Source: Setoptus koraiensis (lineage: Eukaryota; Animalia; Arthropoda). Taken from it: a stretch of DNA of 64,000 nt. This document shows positions 20,674 to 33,300 of this stretch, in pieces. Both the position numbers and the translations under genes were made by a program. A model generated the notes under the pieces. The model searched no databases. It had not been told where the DNA came from and saw only the letters and a program-made list of their open reading frames with translations. How positions within the stretch are numbered: position 1 is the first letter of the stretch; the number at the start of each line of letters is the position of its first letter. Location of the stretch: positions 18,414,001 to 18,478,000 of the forward strand of contig CM106585.1 of assembly GCA_048013815.1 (NCBI GenBank), in the 5' to 3' direction.

Positions 20674-23600
20674 TTAAACAACGACGACGGCACGATGCGC
20701 GTGCTCGCTTGTGTCGCCCGATATCCGTCGAATATCGGGCCGGCCGGCAAATATTATACGGCAAATATGTGTGCAAACAGAGATTTATTTGGCCATTCGT
20801 TTGGCTTCTCGGCTTGTCTTCGCCGAGGTGCGCGCCGTGGCCGGCCAAAGCAGGCACGGCGCAGTTTGGGCCGTATTCCGGACACGACTGACCATTGGTC
20901 AGCCAACGCCAATGGTCATTTGCTCATATCGTTGCATATTTGCTCACATTTGTCAGCTCACAGGCCGGCCGCGTGCACGTTGGCGGGCGGGCGTGCCAGC
21001 GGTCGGCCATCATTATCGGTACCAATAATGATAACTGGTGACGCCAGCAACAGTTATTATTATCGGTGTCGGGCGGCCCGATTTCCGACGCGCCGACCCG
21101 CCGACCCGCCGATCAGCTGGCCCGCGCACGGTGGCATTCGGGCGGGCGGGTGTCGGGCAATGGCGGCCCGAAGCTTGCTCAGAGGGAGAGGCTGCTCCGT
21201 TAGCGCGAACGTGCGCGTTCCACCGGCGTTGCGTGCCGCGGAATGCGAACGTTCGCGAAGGAGGGCGGCCAACTTGTTGTTCGCGGCCGTTCGGTGCAAC
21301 AGTCTCTCACGAGCGGAGCCGCCCCGAGTGCCGCAGCGCGAGTGTCCGGCGCGAGTCTCCCTTTGCGAGTGTCCGGGTGCGAGTGTCGCTTTGCGAGTCT
21401 GCGGGTGCGAGAGTCGGAGAGCCCGAGAGTCGCGCGAGGCACGGCCTTCGGGCCGGCGCGCCGATGGTGCCGGTCGGCCAGCAGCGGCCACAATGGCGGC
21501 CGGCGAAGGAATGTCGCTCGTAAGTCGCTTGTAGGTCGCTTGTAGGTTGGCGAATTGCCGGCGCTTCGAGTGCAGCGATCACGACCGACATGATCCGATC
21601 AGCAGCATGTCGCAGCAGCTTCTTTTGGGCTCCTTCTGGCTTCTGAATCGGCCGTGCGATGGCCTCACTCGACAGCTTTGCCGCTCTCGCTCTGTCGTGT
21701 TGCCCGTGTCGGTCGGGCCGGCCGACAACATAATTCTTTCACTTGATTGAGTTGATAGGATAAAAATTGAGAGCAACAGAGACAAGGTGAGCATATGGCG
21801 ACGCGGCGCACGTACCCGTGGTGTCAGCGCGCCGACTTGCAATGTTAATCCTCTCCATATCTCGTACATCTTGTACAATTATCTTGTATCTGGCGTGTAT
21901 CTGGCGCGTCTACGGCGCGTATCTACAGGGCAGCAGAGCATGGGCACGCCGCGATTTATCTCACACAATTGGGCTAATTTGTATGTTTGTCGCTCACGCT
22001 TGGACCTACAAATTGGCCGCTGGCTGGTGGCGTTCGTTTGGCCCGCTCGGCCCACGTGAGGCGCCGCTTCGAGCGGCCCTACGGCGCTGACCGGCGAACA
22101 AACAAGCCGAGATGAGCGGCCAGATTAGTGTTCTTTTCTCTCATGTTTCACTGATTTTCTCCCCGATTTGGGTGCCTTTTCTCGGCACCGCAAACAATTG
22201 TCGCCCGAATCGTCGCCGCTGCCGCCGCCGAGCATCGTCGCCGAGCATCGTCGACGAGAAGTGACAGCGCGACCCCGGGGCAGCCACCGAAACCGGCCCA
22301 CAAGACGCCGAGCGCAGCGATTGCATGTATGATTAGCGGTGATCACTTAGCGATAATCATACCATAACGATCGCGATGACGACATCACTGACAATCGGCC
22401 GCCGGCCCGACCTCTAATGAGCGGGCCCGACCCCTAGTGAGCCAGACCGACCTCTAATGAGCGGGCCGCACGTTGGCCCGATCCGACCGCCACAAGTTGC
22501 GAGCGTCACAAGAGTCGCCAGCGTCTGAGGAGTTGCCAGCGTCGCAAGAGTTGCCAGAGTTGCCAGAGTTGCGAGAGCGTGCTTCTGGCCGCGGTGTGCA
22601 GGTGGCGCCCGCGAGCCTCCCGATTCGGTGCCCGGTGCCCAACGGTCGGTCGGTTCGGGCGCCGGTCGGCGCTATGTTGCGCTGTTTTTTGGCACCGCGG
22701 ACAGGATGTTGGAATGCACAAAGTGCAATAATATATGTAAAGTGCTGGCCGGCCGTCGGCCGGCTCGCATCGGTGGCACTGTTATTTGTATATTTCATGT
22801 AGTCGGCCGAATGGTTTCATAGAGTCGGCGGCCGAATGAGTCGACAAGAGCGCCGATGAATGCACAATGAGCTGTTGTCGCTGTTGTTGCTGGCATGCTA
22901 ACAACAAAGGCCCATTTTAGAACATAATTTTAATTTAGTGCCGCTGCTTGTTCTTACACGATTCGAGGCGACGCGGTGCAGTACCTCTCGTCGGCGGAGT
23001 CGTTGGTTCTTTTTTGAGAATCGGGCAAGAAAGAACGCGCAGTCAAAGTGAGCAAGCAATAATCGACGCTGGCTACCTGGTGACTGATACAACTCGGCAC
23101 AACCTGGCACAACTGGGCACACAAACCGGCGACGCGACGATACCACGGCACGGTACAACTGGCCCGACAGGCACGCAGCAAGGACGTGCAATTTGCACGT
23201 TGCAAATGGCCATACAAAAGCACAACAATGCCCGCCACAACAATAGGTGAGACGGGCCGGTGTCACTCGGGCCACTTGGACAGTGCCCATTTGATTGGTA
23301 CCTCCAATCAAATGGGAGCCATTCATTCTGGCTGGCTGTTTGCCAATTGAAATCGCTGATTGTCGCTGTGTGTTGCCCATTGAGAACAGACGACGACGAC
23401 GACGACCTAGACGACAACAAAAGCCACAACATTAGCGCTCGTCGGGGGCGCCCCTCGGCTGGGACGGGCGAAACCGATCGCTCTTTTGTGTCCACTCCAC
23501 ATGTACATGCCCCACATACGTGGCCCACAACATGGCCCACATATGCACGTCATATACACTCGACTCGATAATATCGAGTACTGGATATACTCGCCAGATA

Positions 23601-25718
23601 TACGATAATAGATGTATGTATACATGTCAGAACGTGCGAGCGCGACACGAGATAAAAATGAACTCGGGCCGGCCGCAAATGAAGAAATGAGCAAATCGGC
23701 GCGTCGAAGCAGCGCTATGTCCCGATCACTATAGAGTGTATGCTATAGAGTGCACCCGACCGGCCCGCGAGCCACACAATGCGCCTGTGAGGCAGTCGAC
23801 CCATTGTCTGCTCGCTCTGCTCGGGCCATTCAATTGGAGTCGCTGTCGGCCGGTAATTTCGCCCGGTCACTGGGTGCCGAAATCATGCGCGGCTTCTGGT
23901 GCTCACGGGCTGAGCACCAGAAGCCCGGTAGCAATCTCGCACCGGCTCGTCGGAAGTGTCGCCGGCAGCGTCGGGTAGCCGCAGGCGTGGCTACCCGACG
24001 CTGGCAAAGCTGGTCGACGGTGATACGAGATTCTCGTAACGAGAGGGCGCACTTGTTACTTGCAGCACATTGTGCATGATACATGACGGCCTCGCCGGAC
24101 AACACGACAGCCTCGTCGCCGATGAGTCATCGGGATACGACATCAACTCCAACCACCGACCGAGACGCCGACACAGGCCCGTTGACACGACGATCGCGCA
24201 ACGATCGCACAAAAACGGTCTCGCTTTCGAAAAACGGCCCGAAAAGGCTGACTGTGTAACTATTTCGCTGACTGTTCTTCGCGCCTTTGTTTTGGATTAT
24301 CGTGGGCATTAACAATTTGCAGTTTTTGTCGCCTCGCCAGTCATCGGCGGCTCCTCAGTGGGCCAGTCAGCCTCGTTGGGCCAGTAGACTCACCATTCGA
24401 CGGTAGACTCACCATTAGACTGGTAAACCAATTGTGACCAATGGCGAGTTACCATTGGACTACAATGATAATCATCGAATGATTGGACCGGTGCTCTCAC
24501 CGGGAGTTTTGGCTTGCACGCCAGATGGCGCTGCGAGCGCGCCCGATTATCCCGTCCGTGAGTTCGGCGGTGCCTTCCCCCCTAAGCTATTCAACAGTAA
24601 CTATTGTGTGCACTTGTGCACTGGCCATCAGCTCACACAGTTCGCTGGCACACACAGTGGGCAAAAATGACAAAATGTTCTAAAATGGGGGAAGAGCAGG
24701 GCGTGCGCATGCGCCGTGCGCACAATGGAAAACAAAAGTCGCCGTGGAAAAGGTTCGCAGGGGGGGGGGGAGGTCAACTTGTTGTTGTTGTTGCTGGTGG
24801 CGTCGTCAGTCGTGGTTCGCCATTCGAACAGAACGAACGTTTGCACATTCGACGCGACGAGAGCGAAAATCGAAATTCCACATTCGAACAGTGACAGTTC
24901 GACAATTCGACGATAACAATTCTACGGCAACAATTCGACAATTCGACGGCAACAAATCGACAGTGCACCCAGATAATAGCACGAGATCAGCGTGTGTCAC
25001 ACATTGAGAGATATTGCGAAATTGCAGCAGAAAACGGCCAACAGCAAACGAAAACAAGAGGCCAACTCAAGAGGCAAGAAGCAAATTTTTAGAAATTTTG
25101 AATTTTCAGCAGTTGAAGCAGCGAGAATTACAATTGCATCACTCGCCCCGTCAATCCTCCAATTCGAATTGCGACCCAGACATCAAGTTGTGCAAGATTA
25201 TTCCCTGTGCGCCACCAATCATCGATAATCAATGTCGCCCAGAGCGCGCTCAAGTGGGCAACGCCGCAACTAAGCTTGCAAACGGCAAACAAACGCCCGC
25301 CAGTGTCAAGTGTTCACCAAACTGCAAGCACAATAATACAGCCAAAATAATAGTACAGCCAAAATAATAATACAACCAAAATAATAACGCAAGATAATAG
25401 CGCCCCACAAACTCGCCAATAGCACAGACAGACAGAATGTCGCGAGGGGCCCAGCCGAACAGCATGCAAGCAAGCTCGTGCAAAATGCAGCCACAAGTAC
25501 CCACAACCAGCGGAAAAGTGATCGAGTCTTGCCGCCAAGCGGCCGGCACGCAAATCACAAATTGCTTGTGCACAACAACGCACACGTCAGCATGCATTGA
25601 ATCACATCATCATCACCACATTAAATCATCACACGAACAACAACATAAGCAACAACAGCAACAGCAAGCTCACAGCCAAAGAACAGCAACAACGGGGCCC
25701 CATCGAAGCAGCGCCGCC

Positions 25719-25929
25719 ATGGGCCGCCACCGAAAACGATCGCTGGCCAGCTTTGCGCTAGCGTCGCAAATTGTTCACGCCATAATTATCTTGTTGATCT
25801 CATCATCTCAGCTCAGTCACTATTTGCGACACGGTGCACAATCAGCAGCAATTAGCGCCGCCTTCGCCTCAACATTGCCAGCCACACTATCGTCGCGGGA
25901 CCATATATCACACAGCGTGCAACCCAGAG
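25719..25929 (+). CDS. Candidate first coding exon encoding a signal peptide (MGRHRKRSLASFALASQIVHAIIILLISSS...SVQPR, 70 aa, phase-1 end) of an unidentified secreted or membrane protein
   Basis: Textbook Kozak context gccgccATGG at 25719, a basic n-region followed by a hydrophobic stretch, and a consensus donor CCCAGAG|GTAAGT at 25930. The ORF is also open upstream to an ATG at 25437 (His/Gln-rich). No family was recognised. Confidence 0.5.
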
Positions 25930-26296
25930 GTAAGTCGATGCGACCTTGTCCACATGGACGACATCTCTATCTGCGGCCGATGCATAACAAGCGGCGATAT
26001 ATCGCCAACATCGACGATCTATCGCCAATATCGCCAACATCGACAATATCGACGACGCATCGGTGATACGTCGCCGGTATATCGACGGCGATAAGCGCTC
26101 GACAAACAACGACGATCAACAATGGGCGACGCTCGGCGTATCAGATGGCGTCGCGTCGGATCGCGTCGCGTCCGATCGTATCAGATGATCTGATGCGTCT
26201 CGGGCGGCGTTCGGCGGACATTCCGGGCATTGTTCGTGCACGGGCACGGCCAACAATGGCCGCTAATTTGCGTCGGCCGCGCGCCGCTCATAACGC

Positions 26297-26361
26297 GGCT
26301 CGAGCGGCTCCATGGGCTCGAGCGGCTCCATGGGCTCGAGCGGCTTCATGGGCTCGAGCGG
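26297..26361. repeat. 18-bp tandem repeat (ggctcgagcggctccatg) x~3.6
   Basis: Read directly from the sequence. Confidence 0.9.
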
Positions 26362-27245
26362 CGCGCCGGGCCGCGGCTCCGTGGGCTTGTGCGGCGCGCC
26401 GGGCAAGCCAGTGGAGTCGCGACGGTGACAAATGCACTTACATTTACACATTTATGGCCGGCAGCGCCGATTTATCCGCCGATAAACTTTGTCGCGCCGG
26501 TCGCCCGAGCGAGCCAGCGAGCAGCGTGTGAAACAGTGTGCAAATTAACGCAGCAAATGTACCCTGTCGCCCAGCGGCATTAGCAGCGCATAGACAGCGC
26601 ACAAAAAGCACACAAACAGCACAAAAACAGCACATAAACTGCACATAAACTGCAGCACTCCCACGCAAGCCGCGCTCAATTTCACGGGCTCTCCCCGTTT
26701 ACCTGTGTCAACTATTTACCTGCGCTTGCCCGTGCAGCGTGCGCGAGCCACCATCACCTGTGAGCGGCCCGCGGGCCAGATATGAGCCCATCCTAGATGA
26801 CGTGCCCGCCAGATAATAACTTGGCCGGATGCCGCTGCCCCTAAATGGCGCGACGGCGTCCGAATGGCAGAGACCCTGAGAGCAGGCCGCAACAACCACC
26901 AACGACAGCCAGCAGCAACCAACGACAATCGCCAACGACCGGCAACGACCGGCTACGAGGACCGGTAAACGAGGCGCGACGACAACAAATCACGAACCGT
27001 TAAGTGGCGCGCGCCCAAATTGCCGCTCGTTCGGCGGGCGCTCGAGACGCCGACGACAAGACGATAAGACAATGCGACGACACGACAGGCAATAAGTGCG
27101 CACCGCTTAATGGGCTCCGACGAGCGCTAATTGAGACTAACACGCAAGTGGCGCTACAATCTAATACTAATAATCACTGGAACGCGCCAATCACGAGCCG
27201 GCGACGAGCGAGCGGCGGGCCCGCTGCGGGCCCCCGACAAGCGAC

Positions 27246-27326
27246 CGACGAGCGACCAGCCGGCGACGAGCGACCAGCCAGCGACGAGCGACCAGCCGGC
27301 GACAAGCGACCAGCCAGCGACAAGCG
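27246..27326. repeat. 18-bp tandem repeat (cgacgagcgaccagccgg) x~4.5
   Basis: Read directly from the sequence. Confidence 0.9.
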
Positions 27327-30300
27327 GGCAAACAGGGGCCCGCAACAGCGAGCACGTGTTTCTGTGCCATTACCCGCTAATGTGTGACACTTGATATATG
27401 CTAATGTCGCAACCTGCCAGCGGATCCAGTTCCGGTGCCGTGGCGCGCAGCACGCGCGCATAGCGCGGCAACACGCGTTGCCGAGACGTCGCGCCCCCGC
27501 ACCGACTGGCACCGACTTGTGATTCGCAAGTTGTGAATGGAACACGCACAAAGTGACATTTGCTGTTATGTCACTCGATACGGTCGCCAGTGTGTCGCTC
27601 GTGTGCCGCCGTTGCCCGTGACACTCCGCGCGGGCTAACGCGGGCGCAAAAATGAGCCGCCGCCAGCTACCTGTCTCGTGACGGCCGGCACACCGGTTAT
27701 TTGCCGGCCAATAATGTCGCCCGATAATGTCGGCCCGCGATATCGGATCAATTAGCCGATCGGGCCGCCGTTGATCGAGCGGCTCCAGTGGCCCCAGCAG
27801 CGACAGATTTGCCAGTGCGCCAAATAAACTCGCTCGTCCGCTGTAACAACTATAATGGCCGCAATTATTGCGATAATCATAATGATAATAATGTTTCATT
27901 TGTAGTTGTTTGCACATCCGCCACTCGCAAACCGGCGCTGGCACTCGTGTCGAGTCGCTCGACTCAAGTGGCCGAGTAACGGTTCACTACTAGTGAATCA
28001 CTAGCGACGCCAACAATGTGCTCAAGACGGCAAAATTCGCCACTACAGCGACGCTGTAATTAGCGCCATTGGGTAGATTTGAGCGCGGCTTCGATTGTCT
28101 CGCTGCAGCTTATTATTCGGGTCGGCCGGCGGATCGGGCCGGTCCGCGGCGATCCGCAGCGGTCCGCAGACCCACAGCGATCCGCAAAGAGCCGCAGCGG
28201 TCCGCAGAGCGGTCATGTGTTGCGCAACGGCGCTCGCAAAAGGATTATGGTCGTCGTTACGATTATCATTGCCGATTATTATTAGCGCTATTAGCATTAT
28301 CAGGTAGTATTATTAGTTAGTATTATTAGTTAGTATTATCAGTTAGTATTATTATTTAGCATTATCAGTTAGCATTATTATTTGGCATTATTAGTGCATG
28401 CGCCATCATTGTGCGACGGCCATTTATCAAACTATGACTTGTACCCCCGGAGCTGTCAATTGCTGTCAGCCGGTCGGTCGGGCAGCCGCGACACTTGTTA
28501 CGACGCATGTGACGCAATAGTGGGCTGACATTCGCCAGGGATTCGCCAGGGATGACATTTGCTAGGTGTCGTTGTTGTGAGAGAGCCAGATTGTCCGACC
28601 GGCGGCGCTGTCTGGCCGACAGGCTGACGGCTGACCTCGAACTGCCCTAATCTGTCTAAATTTATCCGTTTGAGTGCATGTGTGTGCCAGCCTGGCCGTG
28701 GTTCGGCTGGACGCTCTCGGACAATTTTGACAATTTTTATAATTTTACAATTTCGCAATTTCGCAGTATCACAATTTGGCAATGTCGCAATTTGAAAATG
28801 TCGCAATTTGAGAATTTCGCGATTTGAAAATTTCGCAATTTCGCAGCGTCGCAGTTTGGCAGTTTGGCTGTTTGGCAATTTCACAATTGCCATTCAACAA
28901 TTAATCTGAGCCTCAGAGTAACATGCACACAAACAAGCCAAGCAGCACACAGGTCAGCTAATTAGCGCACCGCTGGCCACCGTCCCGCAGCCAGCGGCAC
29001 CATGAGCCACTCACCTGTCGCTTGTCGTTGTCGTTCGATAGCTGGCCGGCTGAATAACAAGTGGACAGGTGAGCGCAGGACAGGTGAGCGCGGGACAGGT
29101 GAGTGCGGCGGCCGGTCGCTGGCGCGATGTGTAGTAATGAGTAATGAGCTTTTGAGCGCTCATTGTCGCTAATTGGTGGAGACTTGCAAACGCACGCCAA
29201 CATGGACAGCGACAAACATGGCGCCACTGAAAAAACATGAAGCGACCGACAAACCCTGAGCCGCGAGTGACCAGCATCTAACAGGCATCAAATGACTCGA
29301 GAGTCGCAGTTTGTTTGGCTCGCTTCACAGAATCAAGCCAAACAAACTGACAAGCGACTCGATGTCGAGATATGGTCAGTCATATGGTGAGAGCGAGCAA
29401 GAATCGCAGAGCAAAATCAACAAATTTCGCCCTATCGTCGTGTGGCATCTAGACGAGCCTTGGCGTTGCGATATGGGCTTGAGTTTATGCAGTGATCGCA
29501 GTTGGCAGTGGCATTAATTGGCACAGTCAAAAACTTTGCAGCCGATCGAGTGGCCAGATAAACGGCCTACGAATGTTGCAATGAATTAATGATTATCTCA
29601 GTGTTGTATCAATGATAATATAGATAGTTGTCGCAACGGGCGCAGCTCGCTGTGTGTCCCGCAGCCAGCATGTCGACTCGACATTGTCGAGACCGTCGCA
29701 AGACTGTCATGAGACTGTCATATGAGCGCATAATGTCACATAATGTGTGTGCCAATGTATGATTTGTTTGCTAATTAATTGACTAATTGAAACGGCCAGT
29801 TGCGCCTTCGATCGGCTCGAGTCTCGGCGCGAGACTCTCGCGGGCAACCCACTTTCCATTTATTTTCTCCTCGGTGCTCGTTTGTGTGCCTAACATACGC
29901 AATTAGCTCGGTTACATGCGCAATTATAACACAAATTCGCTAAATGGCCCATTGAGCCGGCTATTTTCGTCGTCGGCATACGGCACCGTTTACGTAACCG
30001 TGTCCCGCGCCACCTTGCCCTGCGCCAGCGCGCCTTGGGCCTGTTGAGATATCAACATCAAGTCAGCGCCAGCATGGCGGCGCCGAGACTGACCAGCGCG
30101 GAGGCGAAAGTTGTCGCCAACGAGTTTGCTCGCTGTGAGCACTTGTGCACAAGCTCGCGCAAAACCAGTACAGAAACCAGCCAAAAATCAGCACGAATAC
30201 GCGGCACGAGAACCGGCCCAAAAAACGGCACGAAAACAAGCGCGAAAACCCGCACGGAAAACCAGCTCGAAAGGGGCGCCAAAGCGGGCACGAACCAACT

Positions 30301-33300
30301 ATAAATAACGTAAACTAACCATTACCCAGATAACTGTCCAGATATGGCGGCGGCCGCTCGCTGGGCGGCCGGTTTATGGGCCCCGAAATGGTTTAGTCGC
30401 CCGCTGCGGAAGTGCAAAGCCCGGCCATCGTTGTCGGGCGCTCGGCAGCCTCGGCTCGGTGGCCACGAGCCGCGAGCAATCGATGTTGTCGAGCCGCTGG
30501 CCGGCTCGATGGTATCGAGTCGATACTATCCAGATTGCAGCCAGTCGACTGGAGCCAATTGCTCGTCGTCGCTGGCTCGCCAGCCGAGAGCACAGGGGCG
30601 ATTAATCATTGGCTGCGATGCTTATCTTTATCTATTGCGAGCTAGATCGATGGCCCGTGGCAATGGGAACAGACAAGAGATAAAGAGCGTCGCTTGATTG
30701 ATGCTTTACACACCATCCGGCCCAGTTTGCGAATAACTGTAAAATGTTTTCACCGTCGCTTACTTTGCTAGTCAGCGACGACAACAGCGACGACCACGGC
30801 CGGCCAAACCAGATCAAGCATAAACAACTGGCAACATGAGCTTGATTTGCACGTGCAACGCGCGCCGCGCCGACCAGTCAATAAAATGGGGCCAATTCAT
30901 CATGCAAGTCAATTGAATCATCACTTCCATCCATTTGGCTTTGTCTGTTGCTGGCGGGCCTCGGCCGCGTTCGCTGGCCAGCGAGCCGGCATAATCCGCG
31001 CTCTTTATTGCCGCTGCAGCCGAGAGCTCAACAATGAGGCCCGTCGCTGTCGCTGTCGCTGTCGTTGTCTTTGTCAGCGACGACAGCGACGACAACATCA
31101 GCGCCAACAACGGCAACAGCGACAACAACAACGACAACAACAACAACGACGACGGCGTATTGTCAGGCAAATGCGAGCGGCCATATTTACACATAAATGC
31201 ACTCGCTGATGCGGCCCAATTTTCCGCTCAATGAAGTCGCCACTGTCATGGGCGCTGTCACTTTGTGAGAGCTGCGACCGCCAGTTAGCGTTGGCTCGTC
31301 TCGTGCGCCATTTGTTACATAACTGGCGCAACACAACACTGACGGTGGCGGCACGTACCGCCGCTACGTGACAAGCGCCAATATGCCGCCGCTGACAGCT
31401 TGTGTCTCGCCGCTGCCATTGATACCGCGCCATTGGTACCGCCGTATCAATGACACGGCACCGCCGGGCGGCCATATTGTGCGCCCGTCAATCGTGTGAC
31501 AATTGGCCGCCGTTAGCAGGTGCCCGCCATTATGCGCATTATGTAACTGGCGCGTTGCGTCACCGTTGCCGGCCCGATTGTTGTCGCCACTGACCGTCGG
31601 TGACTGACGCAATTTGGCCAAACGAGGGCCCGCCTCGAACGAGGGCGACAGCAATGAAAAACGATACAACGCAAATTAGCGCGCCGCGCAAAAGTGATCA
31701 AGTGCAAAAGTGGCGCGAAACTAACGAGCCCATCGACGGCCATCGGCGCCCGATAACGAGCCAGCCGAACGGCCAAATAGCAAGCCGAACGGCCAGCCAA
31801 ATAGCGAGCCCAACGGCCAGCCGAACGAGACAGCCGAACGGCGGAGAGAAGCCAAATTGCAGCGAGAGCGAAAGTGACAATCTATCTGGCCACTGCAATC
31901 TCGGCTCATTTGTTTGCCCGTTACGTCGCGTAGGTGCGCCAACGGCGGCCCGTTATTGTATTATTGTTTTTGCTGGCCCCATTAGCGTCGCTGGGGGCCG
32001 GGGGCCGCCCGCTGCGCCGCGCCGCGCTATCTTGTCCGCCGCCCGGTCGCTTTTACGGCACGATTCATTCAGCGCAATCCTCCGGTGGCGCCCCCTGGCA
32101 AGCCTGTCCGGCTCGCCAGCGGCCAAATATAAAACATATATTATGTAATATAATATATTGCGTCATATGTGTGTACCGTGTTTGCGTCCGCTATGCATAC
32201 GCCGCCGGTATTAGTGGAGCGGCACAGTGTGGCGGCATGAGGCCCGACAGTCGAGTTGAGGCCCGACGGTCGAATCGAAGCTCGACGGTCGAATGGGGGC
32301 GCCGCACAGCGGCGCTGTAAAAAAAGATAACGCTCGGCAAAAAAGTGGCCTCTTTACAGCGCCTCTACAGCGCCTCTGCACCGCTTTTACACGTGCTGCT
32401 GCCGGTAATTATAATGAAAATCAATTAATTAACACGTGCAAGTCGCGCACGGACCTGGCTGGCTGGCTCACCGGGGCACCGAGCGCGTCGGTGCTCGTGT
32501 GCCGAATCGGGGGGGCCCGCCGAGCGGCCCCGTTGTCGGTTGTGATTCACAATTTGTGAAGTCAAAACTAGACGAGCTGTGTCAGTCGCTGAACGTTTGT
32601 CATCCGCCGCGGCACCGTCGGACAGCGATCGGGTTAGGCGAACCCGCGCGCTGTCTGTCGGTGCCGCTGCGGCGCCTGTTCGGGCCTCTCGGCGATAGAC
32701 GGGCGACTGACAAAGGGCGAGGGCGCGCAGAGAATTGAATCGTGCCCGTCACACGTACGGCCCGGTTGCCACGGTTAATGGGGCGCCGGCGTGGCGCGGA
32801 CGGCACTTGTCGCGTTTGCCGACACCAACGGCGGCGGCGGCAGCCGTTGTAGCGGCAGCGGCCAGCTTAATTTGCATGTTAAACACACGCTCTCTGGGGT
32901 CAGGGGAGCGCGGATCAATAAAGCTGCCTTTTGGCCCCAGCGCGGCGCCAGCGACACCGCCAGCGACAACTCGGGAACGCTTTCGTCGGCCGCCGTCGGC
33001 GCGAAACAAGCGGTCGCTCTTAAGCGGCCGCTCTTGAGCGCCCCCTCTATCCGGCGCGCCCGCGACAAGCGCGCCGGATAAATTTATTATTATTATTCAA
33101 AGTTTCGCTCGTCATCGCGGCTTACACACGATAACATTCGCCGCCCGCAGCAACTACAACAACGACAACAACAAGAGCAACAACAACGACAACAGCAACA
33201 GCAACTACAACAACGACAACAGCGACAACAAATTAACGCGGACGAGGCGCCGGCACGCACGCACTCGGGCCGGCCGAGTTACGTAAGCGACGCTCATCAG

